Source: Macrostomum lignano
Lineage: Eukaryota
Direction: 5' to 3'
NCBI GenBank assembly: GCA_002269645.1
Contig: NIVC01000981.1
Location: 319,948-383,947, forward strand
DNA: 64,000 nucleotides
This document shows positions 24,630 to 39,844 of this stretch, piece by piece (the stretch's first letter is position 1; every line of letters starts with the position of its first letter). The translations under genes were made by a program, and so were the position numbers. The notes beneath the pieces were generated by a model that made no database searches, was not told where the DNA came from, and saw only the letters and a list, made by a program, of their open reading frames with translations.

Positions 24630-26230
24630 TATGCCATAAGCCTTGATGACATCTCAATAATTTCCCCAGTAAGCTTTGTCATCGCAGAAATCCCCCCAGT
24701 AAGCCTTGATATCGCAGCAATTCCCTCAATAAGCCTTGACATTGCAGCAACGCAAAGGCGAGCCTTGGCATCAACGCAATTCTCCCAGCCCAGTAAGCCT
24801 TGACATCTCAGAAATTTCCCCAGTAAGCCTCGACATCGCAGCAATTACCCCATTAAGCCTTGAAATCTCAGAAATCCCCCCAGTAAGCCTTGACATCTCA
24901 GCAATTCCCTCAGTAAGCCTTGAAATCTTATAAATTCCCCCAGTAAGCCTTGAAGTCTCAGTAATTCCCCCAGTAAGCCTTGACAACTCAGCAATTCCCC
25001 CAGTAAGCCTTGACATCTCAGTAATTCCCCAGTAAGTCTCGAATCTCAGTAATTCCCCAGTAAGTCTCGAATCTCAGTAATTCCCCAGTAAGTCTTGACA
25101 TCTCACAATTCCCCCAGTAGGCCCTGACATCTCAGCAATTCCCCCAAGTAAGCCTTGACATCTCAGCAATTCCCCCAGTAAGCCTTGAAGTCTCAGTAAT
25201 TCCCCCAGTAAGCCTTGACAACTCAGCAATTCCCTCAGTAAGCCTTGACATCTCAGTAATTCCCCAGTAAGTCTCGAATCTCAGTAATTCCTCCAGTAAG
25301 TCTTGACATCTCACATTTCCCCCAGTAGGCCCTGAAATCTCAGCAATTCCCCCAAGTAAGCCTTGATATCTCAGTAATTCCCCCAGTTAGCCTTGACCTC
25401 TCAGTAATTCCCCCAGTAAGCCTAGAAATCTCAGCAATTCCCCCAGTAAGCCTTGACATTTCAGCAATTCCCCCAGTTAGCCTTGACCTCTCAGCAATTC
25501 CCCCAGTAAGCCTTGACATCTCAGCAATTCCCCCCGTCAGCCTTGACATCTCAGAAATTTCCCCAGTAAGCCTCGACATCGCAGCAATTACCCCAGTAAG
25601 CCTTGACATCTCAGAAATTTCCCCAGTAAGCCTCGACATCGCAGCAATTACCCCATTAAGCCTTGAAATCTCAGAAATCCCCCCCAGTAAGCCTTGACAT
25701 TGCAGCAATTAAACTCGAGCCTCGGCATCTACGCAATTCTCCCAGTCCAGTAAGCCTCGAGATCGCAGCAATTCCCCCAGTAAGCCTTGACATCTCAGCA
25801 AATTCCCCAGTAAGCCTTGACATATCAGTAATTCCCCCCAGTAAGCCTTGACATCTCAGCAATTCCCCCAGTAAGCCTTGAAATCTCAGCAATTCCCCCC
25901 AGTAAGCCTTGACATCTCAGCAAATTCCCCAGTAAGCCTTGACATCTCAGCAATTCCCCCCAGTAAGCCTTGATATCGCAGCAATTCCCCCAGTAAGCCT
26001 TGACATCGCAGCAATTAAACTCCAGCCTCGACATCTATGCAATTCTCCCAGCGCAGTAATTAGCCTTGACATCCCAACAACCCAACTCCCCTCTCCCAAG
26101 AATTCAGCAATCCCCTTATAAGACTTGATAACTCAGCAATCCCCTTATAAGCCTTGACAACTCAGCATTTTATAAGCCTTGATAACTCAGCAATCCCCTT
26201 ATAAGCCTTGACAACTCAGCTATTCCCCGA
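24630..26230. repeat. Minisatellite, ~30 bp unit (CCCCAGTAAGCCTTGACATCTCAGCAATTC)
   Basis: Tandem degenerate units. Confidence 0.9.
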
Positions 26231-27049
26231 TGAGCTTAGATATCTTAGCAAGTCTTTAATTGATGGTTGACAGCGGTTAATCTATGATTGAACCAAAACT
26301 GACCCTAAGCCTCTAACCCTAACCCATAAGAAAATCTTGCCATGTTAGCAATTTCGACAATGAGCCTTGAGCCTCAGCATTAAAGTAACTTCCTCATAAG
26401 CTTTTAGAATTTCACCGGAAGCCTTGACCTGTCAGCAATTCCCCGTAGAGCCAAAGCATTTAAGTAATTCGCCCCAAGAGCATTTAATCTTAGCAATTCC
26501 TCGATGGATCATTAATGATTGACACGACGATCGCGCTATAATTAAACCCTAAGCCTAACCCTTAACCTGCAGCGGAATTTCAGCAATTCCCCAATGAGCT
26601 TTGGAAATTTTAGTAATTTCCCCATGAGCCTGAAAATTGAGTGACTTTTGATACCTTTTGATATCTTGGCACTTGCATTTCAACAATTTATTTCTGCAAT
26701 TTCACAAATGAACCTTGAAATCAAAGCAATTCTCCCCAGAATGACAATTATAGAAATTCCCCTTGTGCCTTGAGATCTTATAAATCCTCCCATGAGTATT
26801 TATTGATATATCATCATGATATACCAGTATCAAATTGATATATCACAGCAATTTGCCATACCAGCATTATACTCGTAGCAATAGTCTTAGCAGTCTTAAC
26901 AGTCTTAGCAATTCCCAATGAGACTTTTACTTTCGACAGGGCGCTTCTTTTATAATTGACATGATGATTCTTGTTCGTTTTTTCTTGCCTTTGCGTTTTC
27001 TTCTCTTTAAAGAAGTTTTTAATAAAAAAACAATATTTCACTATAGCTT

Positions 27050-27965
27050 TCTGCAGTTTAGCAATGGTTCACCAGCAGTTTAGCAATATAGTTTAGCAAT
27101 GCAGTTTAGCAATGCTTCACACCAGCAGTTTAGCAATGGTTCACCAGCAGTTTAGCAATGCTTCACCAGCAGTTTAGCAATGGTTCACCAGCAGTTTAGC
27201 AATGCTTCACCAGCAGTTTAGCAATACTTTACCAGCAGTTTAGCAATGCTTCACCAGCAGTTTAGCAATACTTTACCAGCAGTTTAGCAATGCTTCACCA
27301 GCAGTTTAGCAATGCTTCACCAGCAGTTTAGCAATGCTTCACCAGCAGTTTAGCAATACTTTACCAGCAGTTTAGCAATGCTTCACCAGCAGTTTAGCAA
27401 TGCTTCACCAGCAGTTTAGCAATGCTTCACCAGCAGTTTAGCAATACTTTACCAGCAGTTTAGCAATGCTTCACCAGCAGTTTAGCAATGCAGTTTAGCA
27501 ATGCTTCACCAGCAGTTTAGCAATGCTTCACCAGCAGTTTAGCAATGCTTCACCAGCAGTTTAGCAATGCTTCACCAGCAGTTTAGCAATGGTTCACCAG
27601 CAGTTTAGCAATGCTTCACCAGCAGTTTAGCAATGGTTCACCAGCAGTTTAGCAATGCTTCACCAGCAGTTTAGCAATGCTTCACCAGCAGTTTAGCAAT
27701 GCTTCACCAGCAGTTTAGCAATACTTTACCAGCAGTTTAGCAATGCTTCACCAGCAGTTTAGCAATACTTTACCAGCAGTTTAGCAATGCTTCACCAGCA
27801 GTTTAGCAATGCTTCACCAGCAGTTTAGCAATGCTTCACCAGCAGTTTAGCAATACTTTACCAGCAGTTTAGCAATGCTTCACCAGCAGTTTAGCAATGC
27901 AGTTTAGCAATGCTTCACCAGCAGTTTAGCAATGCTTCACCAGCAGTTTAGCAATGCTTCACCAG
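27050..27965. repeat. Minisatellite, 22 bp unit (CAGCAGTTTAGCAATGCTTCAC)
   Basis: Homogeneous tandem array. Confidence 0.95.
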
Positions 27966-28940
27966 TACTTTTTCACTCAATGAGTGTGCATATGGCTCAA
28001 TAATCGAACCCATTTTTTGCAACCCTTAATTTAAATTTGCTTTGCAATCCTCTGACAATTCTTTTCTTTGGTATATATATATATTCCAGATTAGCACTGC
28101 TCTCCCCAATTTAGCAGTCTGCCGTTCTACTCTCGGCCGGCTTTTCAGTCTCCTTAGCAAACTGCAATGATCCTTTTAATAGTCTAAAAAATTGCTCAGC
28201 ATTTATAGTACGGCTCACTAATCAATCGGCAGTTGTTTGCGCAACTCAGAATTTAGCAATACCTTCAGGAGTTTAGCCGAATAGCAAAAATAACGCAGCC
28301 ACTGAGTATTTTTCTCTCCGTTGTGCATATATACACCTAGTTGCGCAATACTTCAATTCTTTTAAAATGCACTGGCTGATTTCTCTCAATCATGCAAAAA
28401 GCATGTTTTCGAATATTCAACTATTTATAGCTCGATTGTACGAGCGTAGCATCAGCTCAAGAAATTAAATTTTAGTCTATGGCCATAGACGTATTATTAT
28501 TTTTCGAGCTCTCACTGCGGGAAAAATACACTAATTAGATAGGGAAAATACAGTTTTTTGAATATTTAAGACCTTTAGAATTGAAGCAGATAAAAGAAAT
28601 TTTGAACCATATAATCCTTGGCTGAGTTGCAATTTTTTGGTGAAAACGCGATCGAAATTGGTCAAGAATTGCAATGTGTAGAGCGTTTTACATGGACAGA
28701 CAGACAGACATAGATTAGAGATTTAGTATATAAGAAGAAGGATACATTTGCTAAATATTTTGCTAAGGTAGGTATAAAATTTGAGAATATTCTTGGGAGT
28801 TTTCTTTTTTATTAATTACTAAAATGGTTTAAACAACTGCATAGTCTCTCTATCTATACCCACTGTGCTACTTAGTTTAATAAAAATACTTAGTTGACTC
28901 TAGTTCCAATTTATATTTGTTTTTCTATATGCTTGGGTGC

Positions 28941-29088
28941 AACCTTGGGATTTACTTGGCCATTTCTATTGGCAACGCACACTTATAAGTCACTATTGGA
29001 TAGAATAGTAGTCACGTGAATGCTCTTAGCCACTAGCAACTTACATGTATGTGTTGCCAATAGAAATGGCTGGGTGATTCCCAAGGTT
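28941..29088. repeat. Fold-back or MITE-like inverted repeat (~40 bp arms)
   Basis: AACCTTGGGA...GCCATTTCTATTGGCAAC pairs with GTTGCCAATAGAAATGGC...TCCCAAGGTT. Confidence 0.7.
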
Positions 29089-29569
29089 ATGCATCTATAT
29101 TCTTCTATGATTTTCCTATTGCCTCATTATTTTTCATTCCTTATTTTTGTTTTCTATTTATCTTTCTGCTCTTGCTTCAAGTCTTAATTGTTATTTTTTA
29201 CATATTAACTAGCTTAACTGGATGTTGAATTTGTTGAATTTATTTGCATTCATTTAAAATAACTGTAAACATTAACTGTTCTACTTAAAGTAAAAATGTG
29301 TGAATATTATTTCCTATTTCTTAGATTTCTATTTATTACATTTTTTATTTTTGTAGTATTCAAATGTAAATGTGATTAGATCAAATTATTTATTGCAGTT
29401 CTATACATATTTCTAAGTTGGCCTTCTTATCAAAGGGTGGCTTTTATATATAGTCAAATCTATTGTCTAATGCTGCATTTTTTAACTTCAGACATCAAGT
29501 ATTTTGATTCAACAATAAACTTGTATAGAATTTAAAAGCTAAATCTAGATCTGGTGAGCCCAGTAGATT

Positions 29570-29910
29570 TAAAGTAGCAAAGAAGGTCGCCATTTAATTC
29601 AGGGGGCACCTTAAAGGGCGTCATTTAATTAAAGTTGCACTAAAAAGGGTCCCAGTTGACTCAGGGGCGCTAAAAAGGGCGCCAGTAAATTGAATGGGCG
29701 CTAAAAAGGATGCCACTTGACTCAAGGGGCGCTAAAAGGGATGCCAGTTGATTCAAGGGGCGCTAAAAGGGATGCCAGTTGATTCAAGGGGCGTTAAAAG
29801 GGCACCAGTTGATTAAAGGGGCGCTAAAAAGGGTTTCAGTTAATTCAAGGAGCGCTAAAAAGGGCGTTAAAAGGCGCCAATTAATTCAGTGGCGCTAAAT
29901 AGGCGCCAAA
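29570..29910. repeat. Degenerate ~30 bp minisatellite (AAAAGGGCGCCAGTTGATTCAAGGGGCGCT)
   Basis: About 10 diverged units. Confidence 0.85.
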
Positions 29911-30372
29911 ACTTGAGTGATAGAATCTATTTCTTGATTAATAGGGTTGATTAAAATTGAGTCAACTGCGCATTTAAAGAATCGATTGTATCGAAATTTA
30001 GAAAGTAAATTCCCACAGAAGTTATTCACTTTTTTGAATCATTCTGCTTTGAGTTTATAAATTCCTTGCGCCTTTTCAAGCAATCAAGCTGTGCTCTCTT
30101 CTGCTTTTCCGCTGGTAAATCGTTGGAGATTTGAGTTGCAATCCAAGCGAAGCGGTCGACTTTGGCTTCTTTTATTCTCCCTCCTCTCCGTGTTCAGTGG
30201 TGCGAGCATTTGCCTTGCATTTGTGCCAGTTTTCGTGGCCTGTTTGGGCCTTATAACTATGACAGTTTCATTATGATGAGAGGGCAGTGAGTATGCTTAT
30301 TTTCTGTTTCATTTCCTAAAGTGCTTCCATCTCTGCTGTTGTGCAGTTCAAGATTCTTACGACTACGGGAAT

Positions 30373-30637
30373 CTGGGGTCGGCAAAATCCATATCTGACC
30401 CTCGGGTCCTTTGAAACTTCACAATAGAAATCTGGCCCGCTCAGGGCTTGTGTCTCTTCTCAGCTCTCTTCTCTTATCTCTCTTCTTTCCTCTTCCCTCT
30501 TCTCTCCCATCTTTCTCTTTATCGTCTCTCCCTTCTCTCATCTCATCTTTCCTCTTCATCATTATATTAGCTGTCTGTTCCCTCATCTGGCCCGCAGTCA
30601 TTAGCCCTTGAGGCCAAAATAAGTTGGCCAACCCCTG
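30373..30637. mobile_element. Degenerate hAT-like MITE
   Basis: Imperfect TIR CTGGGGTCGGCAAA / TTGGCCAACCCCTG and internal TGGCCCGC motifs; no matching 8-bp TSD. Confidence 0.4.
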
Positions 30638-31689
30638 TTTTAGATAGATAATACAGCACCTCTTTGTGTGTTCTATATCTAGTTATGAGAGATAAAAATA
30701 AACTATTTATTTCCAGAATTTTCCAGCTTTGTAATAACTATTCTTTTTTCTATATCGATGCAGTTTTTGTTGCTTGTCAAGTCTCTGGAAAGAAAGATGA
30801 AATGAAAAGAAAACGTGGATGAGAGGGGGAGAGAGAGTGAGAGAAGGATAGAGAAGATAGAACAAGGTGCGGCTAAGCATATATGGTTGTCAGCTTTAAT
30901 CATGTGACCAACAAAAAGCACTCTTCAGTATTAGAAGTAGCTGGCAAGGGGTTCTGTTGTACATTATTTTTATGACCGAAAGAGAATGCGTAGTTGGAGT
31001 ACTTGTTTGCTTTTGGCTTGGGACCCATGCTCCGCGCTGCTCTGTGTTAAGCATCTCAGTGATGACGTTGTCGGACTGTACATTTCTATAATTGTTCAAT
31101 GTGCAGTCGGAGTCTCACTAACTCTTGTAACCATGTCCTCTGAGTAACCATAGAAAATTGTACTCAATATTTGGACCGAGAGTTCGGTGTAGAAAGAAAA
31201 GTTTTTTTACACAAACCTCGGCTGCTCATTGGCTGAGATTTTGGAGACTGGCAGAGTGGTGCAGAAATGGGTGAGACGAAGGCTCAGAGAATATAGTTTT
31301 CCAGCTATAAACTCAACAAACCCAAACTGTTGTTAGGCACTTGGTCTGAAAAACAAGTTCTCCATCGCCACCGACTTAAAAGGTATTCTGTTCTACAGAA
31401 TATACTTGCGATTGTTTCCATTTCTTAGTAAAACTTTCACGCAGTCTATTTTATAGACAGCACAAGTTAGAAGTGAGGCTGCTAGGGCTTTTCAGCTTCG
31501 TTTTTTGAGTTATGGAGGATTGCAGCGCATGGCTGCACCATATTCAAGTCTTTGATCACAGCAAGTACCCTTATTATTGCCATTTCCCGTCTGTGAAAGG
31601 CAACTACAGTAGCAAATCTGCTTTGCCTCTGCTAGAAGTCTGCATCAGAATCTTCCCGCACTTTGCGAGCTTTGTAAGTGCCTTATGCA

Positions 31690-34215
<2,526 letters not shown>

Positions 34216-35284
34216 GTCTATCCATCTGCCTACCGACCTATTTTTTCGTATACGTATCTGTTTAATCGTGTGTTTCATTCTTGTCTATTAAAAGATTTCC
34301 AAGGGGTCGCCCCCGCAATGTGTATCACGCATGCCCCGAGAGATAATCTAGATTCCAAATAGTTTTTTCGGTCGAGTATTAGCACTGTATAACCATATTC
34401 ATCCACACGGTCTTGTTTTCGCCGTGTATGCACTGCCTGAGACTTAAATAAACAACCAATAGTCCCTAATAGAGTTACTAATATGTTATTAGTTAATATA
34501 CATAATCATTCACTTGTGCTCACGTGAGCCGCGCGCTATCAAAACAGTTTTTTTTAGCATGCTGTCACCCAACATGCAGGCTTAGTACACGTTCGCCTTT
34601 TCTCAAAATTTGAAAAGTCAAAGCAAGAAACCTCCACAAATAGATACAGGCGCTTGCTAAGCTTATCTGTGCCCACAGGACTGCATTCGCGCTTGGATAG
34701 GATAAACTTTCTGTTTAGAAAAAACCCTATCATAGTGCAGTCCGTAGTTAACGTTCAAAATTAAAGCCAAGCGTTGGAAAATTTGAGTGGAAATTTTTTG
34801 TTCAATTTTTTTGGCCAGTGAATGAATGCAGTAACCGAGTGGTCAACTAATAAAATCCTATTGCCACAGGTTGTTGAGTTAGTTTTTGATTCTAGTAGGC
34901 CAAGGATCGGCAAAGGGTTTTACCTCAATGGCCAGATAAAGAAACCAGCTCATGGTTGCAAGCTAGATGAGAAAGCAAAGTAAAGGGAATAGAAGACGAC
35001 GAAAGATGAGACTTGAGAGGACCCGAAGGCCGGATAGAGAGGCTTCGTGGGCCGGAGTTTGCCGGAGTATTTAATTGAACTCTCAGTTTTTAGAGGAATT
35101 ATAACCTTTTTATCCTGTTTCATCAATCAAATAAAGATTCGATATCCATTTTTTAACTTTCCAGACGTCTCATCTAAGTGGCTAAGACTATCGTCAGTGG
35201 AGTTGTAAGACCTGAGGTCGTTCGTTTGTCGTCTCGTCTCTCTGTCGCATAATCAAAATCGCAGCTTGAAGAAATCCAGTCCAA

Positions 35285-36598
35285 ATGCGCGAGCCCTACC
35301 TAGCGGATTTCTTGTGGCATCGTTATCAACTGCTGCGAGCCCCAATAGACAGTGTAAATAGTGTCAGGTCTAAGGAGGATAGCAGCAATGATAGCAGTCT
35401 GGATAACAACAGAGAACTGTGCTCACCGCATATCCTAGGCAATGGCACATACAACTCAGCAATCGACAGTCGCAGAGCAATCAGTGAATTCGACTATTGG
35501 CTGAGATACGGCTGTGTGTCGTGGCTATTCCCTTTAATGTGGCTAGTGGCTGTCGTTGGCATCACCGTTACCTTAGTTACCGTTCGCAAGCATCCTAAAG
35601 TGATTCCATCAACTACTAGAGTACTATTAGTTAGTCTATTCATTGTGGACGCTCTGGTGCTGAGCATTGTAGGCCTGCGCTGGTGGTCCTACACTGTATT
35701 CGGTGCGGATTTCCGCAACAGCTACGCCCTACTAAGCGCCGTGTTTAACTACGCTAATTATCTTCTTGTTCACCTGTCCGGCTGGCTGCAGGCCTTCATA
35801 TTTGTGGAACGAATGCTAGTTGTCCGCGATCCAATGCTAGCCAAGACTTATTTAAGACGCGGCCGGGCCAAGCTATGCATTGCTATTTTGCTTGGCACGC
35901 TGGCTCTGCTCAACTTACCTGTCGCTTTTCTGACTTACAATTTTGCCGAGTCGAGCGTGGCAGCTGATAGCACAGTTCGGCTGATGTGCTCAGAGTGGGC
36001 CTACATCGGTTTGAAAGTTGTTGGCTTGGCCGATCTGCTAGTTGGAAGTGTGCTGCCTTTGCTAATTATGCTCACTGGCACCGTTGTGATCTCAGGTGCC
36101 CTGCTGTCGCACAAGGAGATGCTGGCGGGGTCTCGGTCAACTCCATCGCCTCAGGCTTTAGCCGCCTCGGCCGTGGCTAATGACAGTCGGGTGCATTCGT
36201 CTGGCAAGAGGCGCAAGCGACAGCAAAGAATCTGCGTTGTATCGCTGGCTATGAACGGGCTCTATCTGGTTACTAACTACCCGCTGACTGTTGTACTGCT
36301 ATATACTACTTTCAGTAGGCAGTCGGGTTTTCCGCCTACGTTCTCCGCTTTCACCATCTTGTACCTGGTGTCGCTAATTAATAACGCTAGCAACTGGGCG
36401 CTGCTTACGCTTACTGGTAGAGGCTACAGAAAGAAATTAGCCAGCGTGTTGAAATGCCATGGCAACGGTGTTGGCGGCGGCGCCGGGACCGGCTGCTGTT
36501 ACCAGCTGCAGCATCCTTATCCCACTGTACAACTGGCTAGAAGGCGGATGAATACCAGGGGCAGTTCCGCTTCAGCTATGGTCATCTTACCGAACTGA
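35285..36598 (+). CDS. Intronless rhodopsin-like (class A) peptide/orphan GPCR
   Basis: Seven hydrophobic segments; TM2 L..VD; TM3 end FVERMLVVRDP (DRY variant); TM5 VLP; TM6 TNYP; TM7 INNASNWAL and GRGYRK helix 8; N-glycosylation sequons in the N-terminus. Confidence 0.88.
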   Translation: MREPYLADFLWHRYQLLRAPIDSVNSVRSKEDSSNDSSLDNNRELCSPHILGNGTYNSAIDSRRAISEFDYWLRYGCVSWLFPLMWLVAVVGITVTLVTVRKHPKVIPSTTRVLLVSLFIVDALVLSIVGLRWWSYTVFGADFRNSYALLSAVFNYANYLLVHLSGWLQAFIFVERMLVVRDPMLAKTYLRRGRAKLCIAILLGTLALLNLPVAFLTYNFAESSVAADSTVRLMCSEWAYIGLKVVGLADLLVGSVLPLLIMLTGTVVISGALLSHKEMLAGSRSTPSPQALAASAVANDSRVHSSGKRRKRQQRICVVSLAMNGLYLVTNYPLTVVLLYTTFSRQSGFPPTFSAFTILYLVSLINNASNWALLTLTGRGYRKKLASVLKCHGNGVGGGAGTGCCYQLQHPYPTVQLARRRMNTRGSSASAMVILPN

Positions 36599-38019
36599 CT
36601 GTTTAACAACAACTGTTTAGTATGTAGTTGCCATCTTGCCCTCGAATCGAGTGTTTTTTTGCTATCCACAGATATACTATAATAACTGGATTGGGTCAAT
36701 GGCATAGAGCGGACTAGTGAAGTTTCTAGAAGAAACCAGTATTGCTTTTGTCAGCCAAGTTGAGAATTCGACCATTTGAGGGCAGTAGATTTGGTCTGGC
36801 CCATAGACATAGGCGGAATATAGGCAAGCGAATTGATAATTCTGAGCCTTACTGCATGGAATGAGAGAGAGAGGGGGAGAGACAGAGAGAGAGACAATCT
36901 TTGAGAGTGGTTTCTGCTCGCGTCTATCTTTCTGTTGATGTCTATGGCCGAAACATCAACTTGCCTTGCCTTTTTCTGTCTATGGGCAAAACCAATGACC
37001 AATTCTCAACTTGGTTAGCTTACAATGATCATTTTATAAAGTGTTTTTCAGACTTGGTCATTGACTTTTTGCAAGTTTTTCAATAGTTTTTACTCCTGTC
37101 TAATAAAATAGCTTACACATTCCTTCCTGCTACTTAAGCTGAAAGTAGTGAAGATGTTTTTTTTATTAGAAAAAAAGAATTAGAGTTATTATAGTATCTT
37201 GCAGCTTTTGTTAGAAAGTCTGGATAGCAAAGTAGGATGGAGTTCAGAAAACCGGTTACAATTTATATATACTTAATCCATCAATTAATACCCCAGTTAG
37301 TTCAGCTCCCACTGCATTCAGGCCACTTTCCAGTCATCTCGACGTATTCTAAATCAATTCCGGTTGTTTATTTTTAAACATAAATTTTGTTCCACACTGA
37401 GAAAAATGGTAGCCTTTCTGTGATTTTTGTTCATTATTAATTTTTTAACTTAAAAAAATTGTACAATATTTATCTAGGATTATTAATTAATACTGCCTAT
37501 AAGCATCTTAAACAGCTTCAACCGCCGCTTAAGTTTCCTATCCTATTTTAGTATATATATAATACTCAAAAGAGCTTTCTATCTCTCTGTGTGCTAATCT
37601 TTGTTTGTCTGTCTGTCCACAGGAACACGCGGCCTTCTAAATGCACGATTGCACAACCAACTGATGTACATTGATTTCTATAATTGTTTATTTATTGCAA
37701 TTCCCTTGTATTGACTTGTTCTTGTTAACATTTTTTCGTCTTGTACAAATATGTTGCGTAAATTCAAGCACCGTCCTTATTCACCCGCTGCGCACGCGCT
37801 TAATCTACAAATAAAAGTACTCAAATATGATGGCAGAAGCTTCTGCTTTTTGACAACTAAACAAAATTTATTATTCAATTACTGTGCCATAACTTTAGCT
37901 GGACTAAAAAGTCAGTAGTAGAAGTAGTATCAGTCGAATATGTGCAACTTAAAATAGTTTAAAATATAAATTCACCAACTGTTAATTATTGTTACAGTTT
38001 AGCAACTTCGTTGATAATT

Positions 38020-38111
<92 letters not shown>

Positions 38112-38113
38112 CT

Positions 38114-38150
<37 letters not shown>

Positions 38151-38187
38151 GTGTCTGTCTGTCTGTCTGTGTGTCTGTCTGTCTGTG

Positions 38188-38218
<31 letters not shown>

Positions 38219-38267
38219 CTGTCTGTGTGTCTGTCTGTCTGTCTGTCTGTCTGTCTTTCTGTGTGCG

Positions 38268-38320
<53 letters not shown>

Positions 38321-38331
38321 TTCTGTGTGTG

Positions 38332-38363
<32 letters not shown>

Positions 38364-38365
38364 CT

Positions 38366-38406
<41 letters not shown>

Positions 38407-38443
38407 GTGTCTGTCTGTCTGTCTGTGTGTCTGTCTGTCTGTG

Positions 38444-38474
<31 letters not shown>

Positions 38475-38539
38475 CTGTCTGTGTGTCTGTCTGTCTGTCT
38501 GTCTGTCTTTCTGTCTGTGTGTCTGTCTGTCTGTCTGTG

Positions 38540-38574
<35 letters not shown>

Positions 38575-38575
38575 G

Positions 38576-38642
<67 letters not shown>

Positions 38643-38663
38643 GTGTCTGTCTGTCTGTCTGTG

Positions 38664-38710
<47 letters not shown>

Positions 38711-38719
38711 GTGTCTGTG

Positions 38720-38816
<97 letters not shown>

Positions 38817-38835
38817 GTCTGTCTGTCCGTCTGTA

Positions 38836-38884
<49 letters not shown>

Positions 38885-38895
38885 TTCTGTGTGCG

Positions 38896-38948
<53 letters not shown>

Positions 38949-38959
38949 TTCTGTGTGTG

Positions 38960-39019
<60 letters not shown>

Positions 39020-39020
39020 C
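38020..39020. repeat. (TCTG)n microsatellite with TG interruptions
   Basis: Direct. Confidence 0.97.
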
Positions 39021-39844
39021 AGCTTATCAGTGCGCTTGTTATATATTTTAAAGGCTTTACGAAAAGCGTAATAAAAAGCAATCGAATAGATTCCCTTGAA
39101 CTAAAACAGTAAAATACAAACATTCCTTTTAGTTTTAGTAACTTCTATTCACTTTCCATCTCAATTGACAATAGAAGACCATTCCACAAAGCAGCAGTTC
39201 TAATATAATACTTACAGTAGTTGTAAAGCAATTGATATCAATTCATTCAAAAACGGATATACGATCTTAGGTATCTCTATCAAGCAAATTTCTATTTTAC
39301 CCTAATTTTTTGCATTGTAGATACTACAAATAAATAAATAATGCAAATTATACCCTTGGTCCAATCTGCTTTCCAATCTCTTGCCAAATTATTTTGTCTT
39401 TTTTTACAACTGTATTCAAAGCAGCTGGTTCTGTCTTTAACTTTCAATGCATCCCCGCTCAATGCAGAGTTTGATCTCCTGCGCCAAATAAATTTTGACT
39501 TAATCATCATGGCTTTACCTATGCTGCTGCTGTAACATTTTCTCTTCTGCTGCAGGTTTTTGCGAGTATTTGTTTTAATTGATTGCTGCAAATTTTTCGT
39601 TTAAATTTGAAAATTGAATATCTGGCATTTTTTCTGTTCAAATGTGTAATAAACTTATATAGATTAGCGTTGTGTTTTTTATAGTAAAATATATGCTCAC
39701 GGTTTGCTACTATTTGTCAGTTTTTTTAAATAACACTGCCGACTTGATTTTCTTTTTATAGTCGATCTGACTGATTGCGGTACAGCAGTTGATGTGCCAT
39801 GCCTGTCATGCCTGATTTTGTGACCAAAATTCGGCTAAGTTCCC

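Larger units (their letters stand above)
24337..28735 (+). mobile_element. Non-autonomous Helitron/DINE-1/Lep1-like element containing satellite arrays (copy 2, abutting copy 1)
   Basis: Starts ACTAGCAAT...GCCCCCCGTTGGGGGG; shares TGCAAAAAGCATGTTTTCGAATATT with copy 1 (about 24143 and 28393); ends with (GACA)n and TTTAGTATATAAG. Confidence 0.55.

Noticed and set aside
37989-39123. ORFs of 346-374 aa (CLSV and TDRQ repeats)
   Set aside because: Translations of (TCTG)n.
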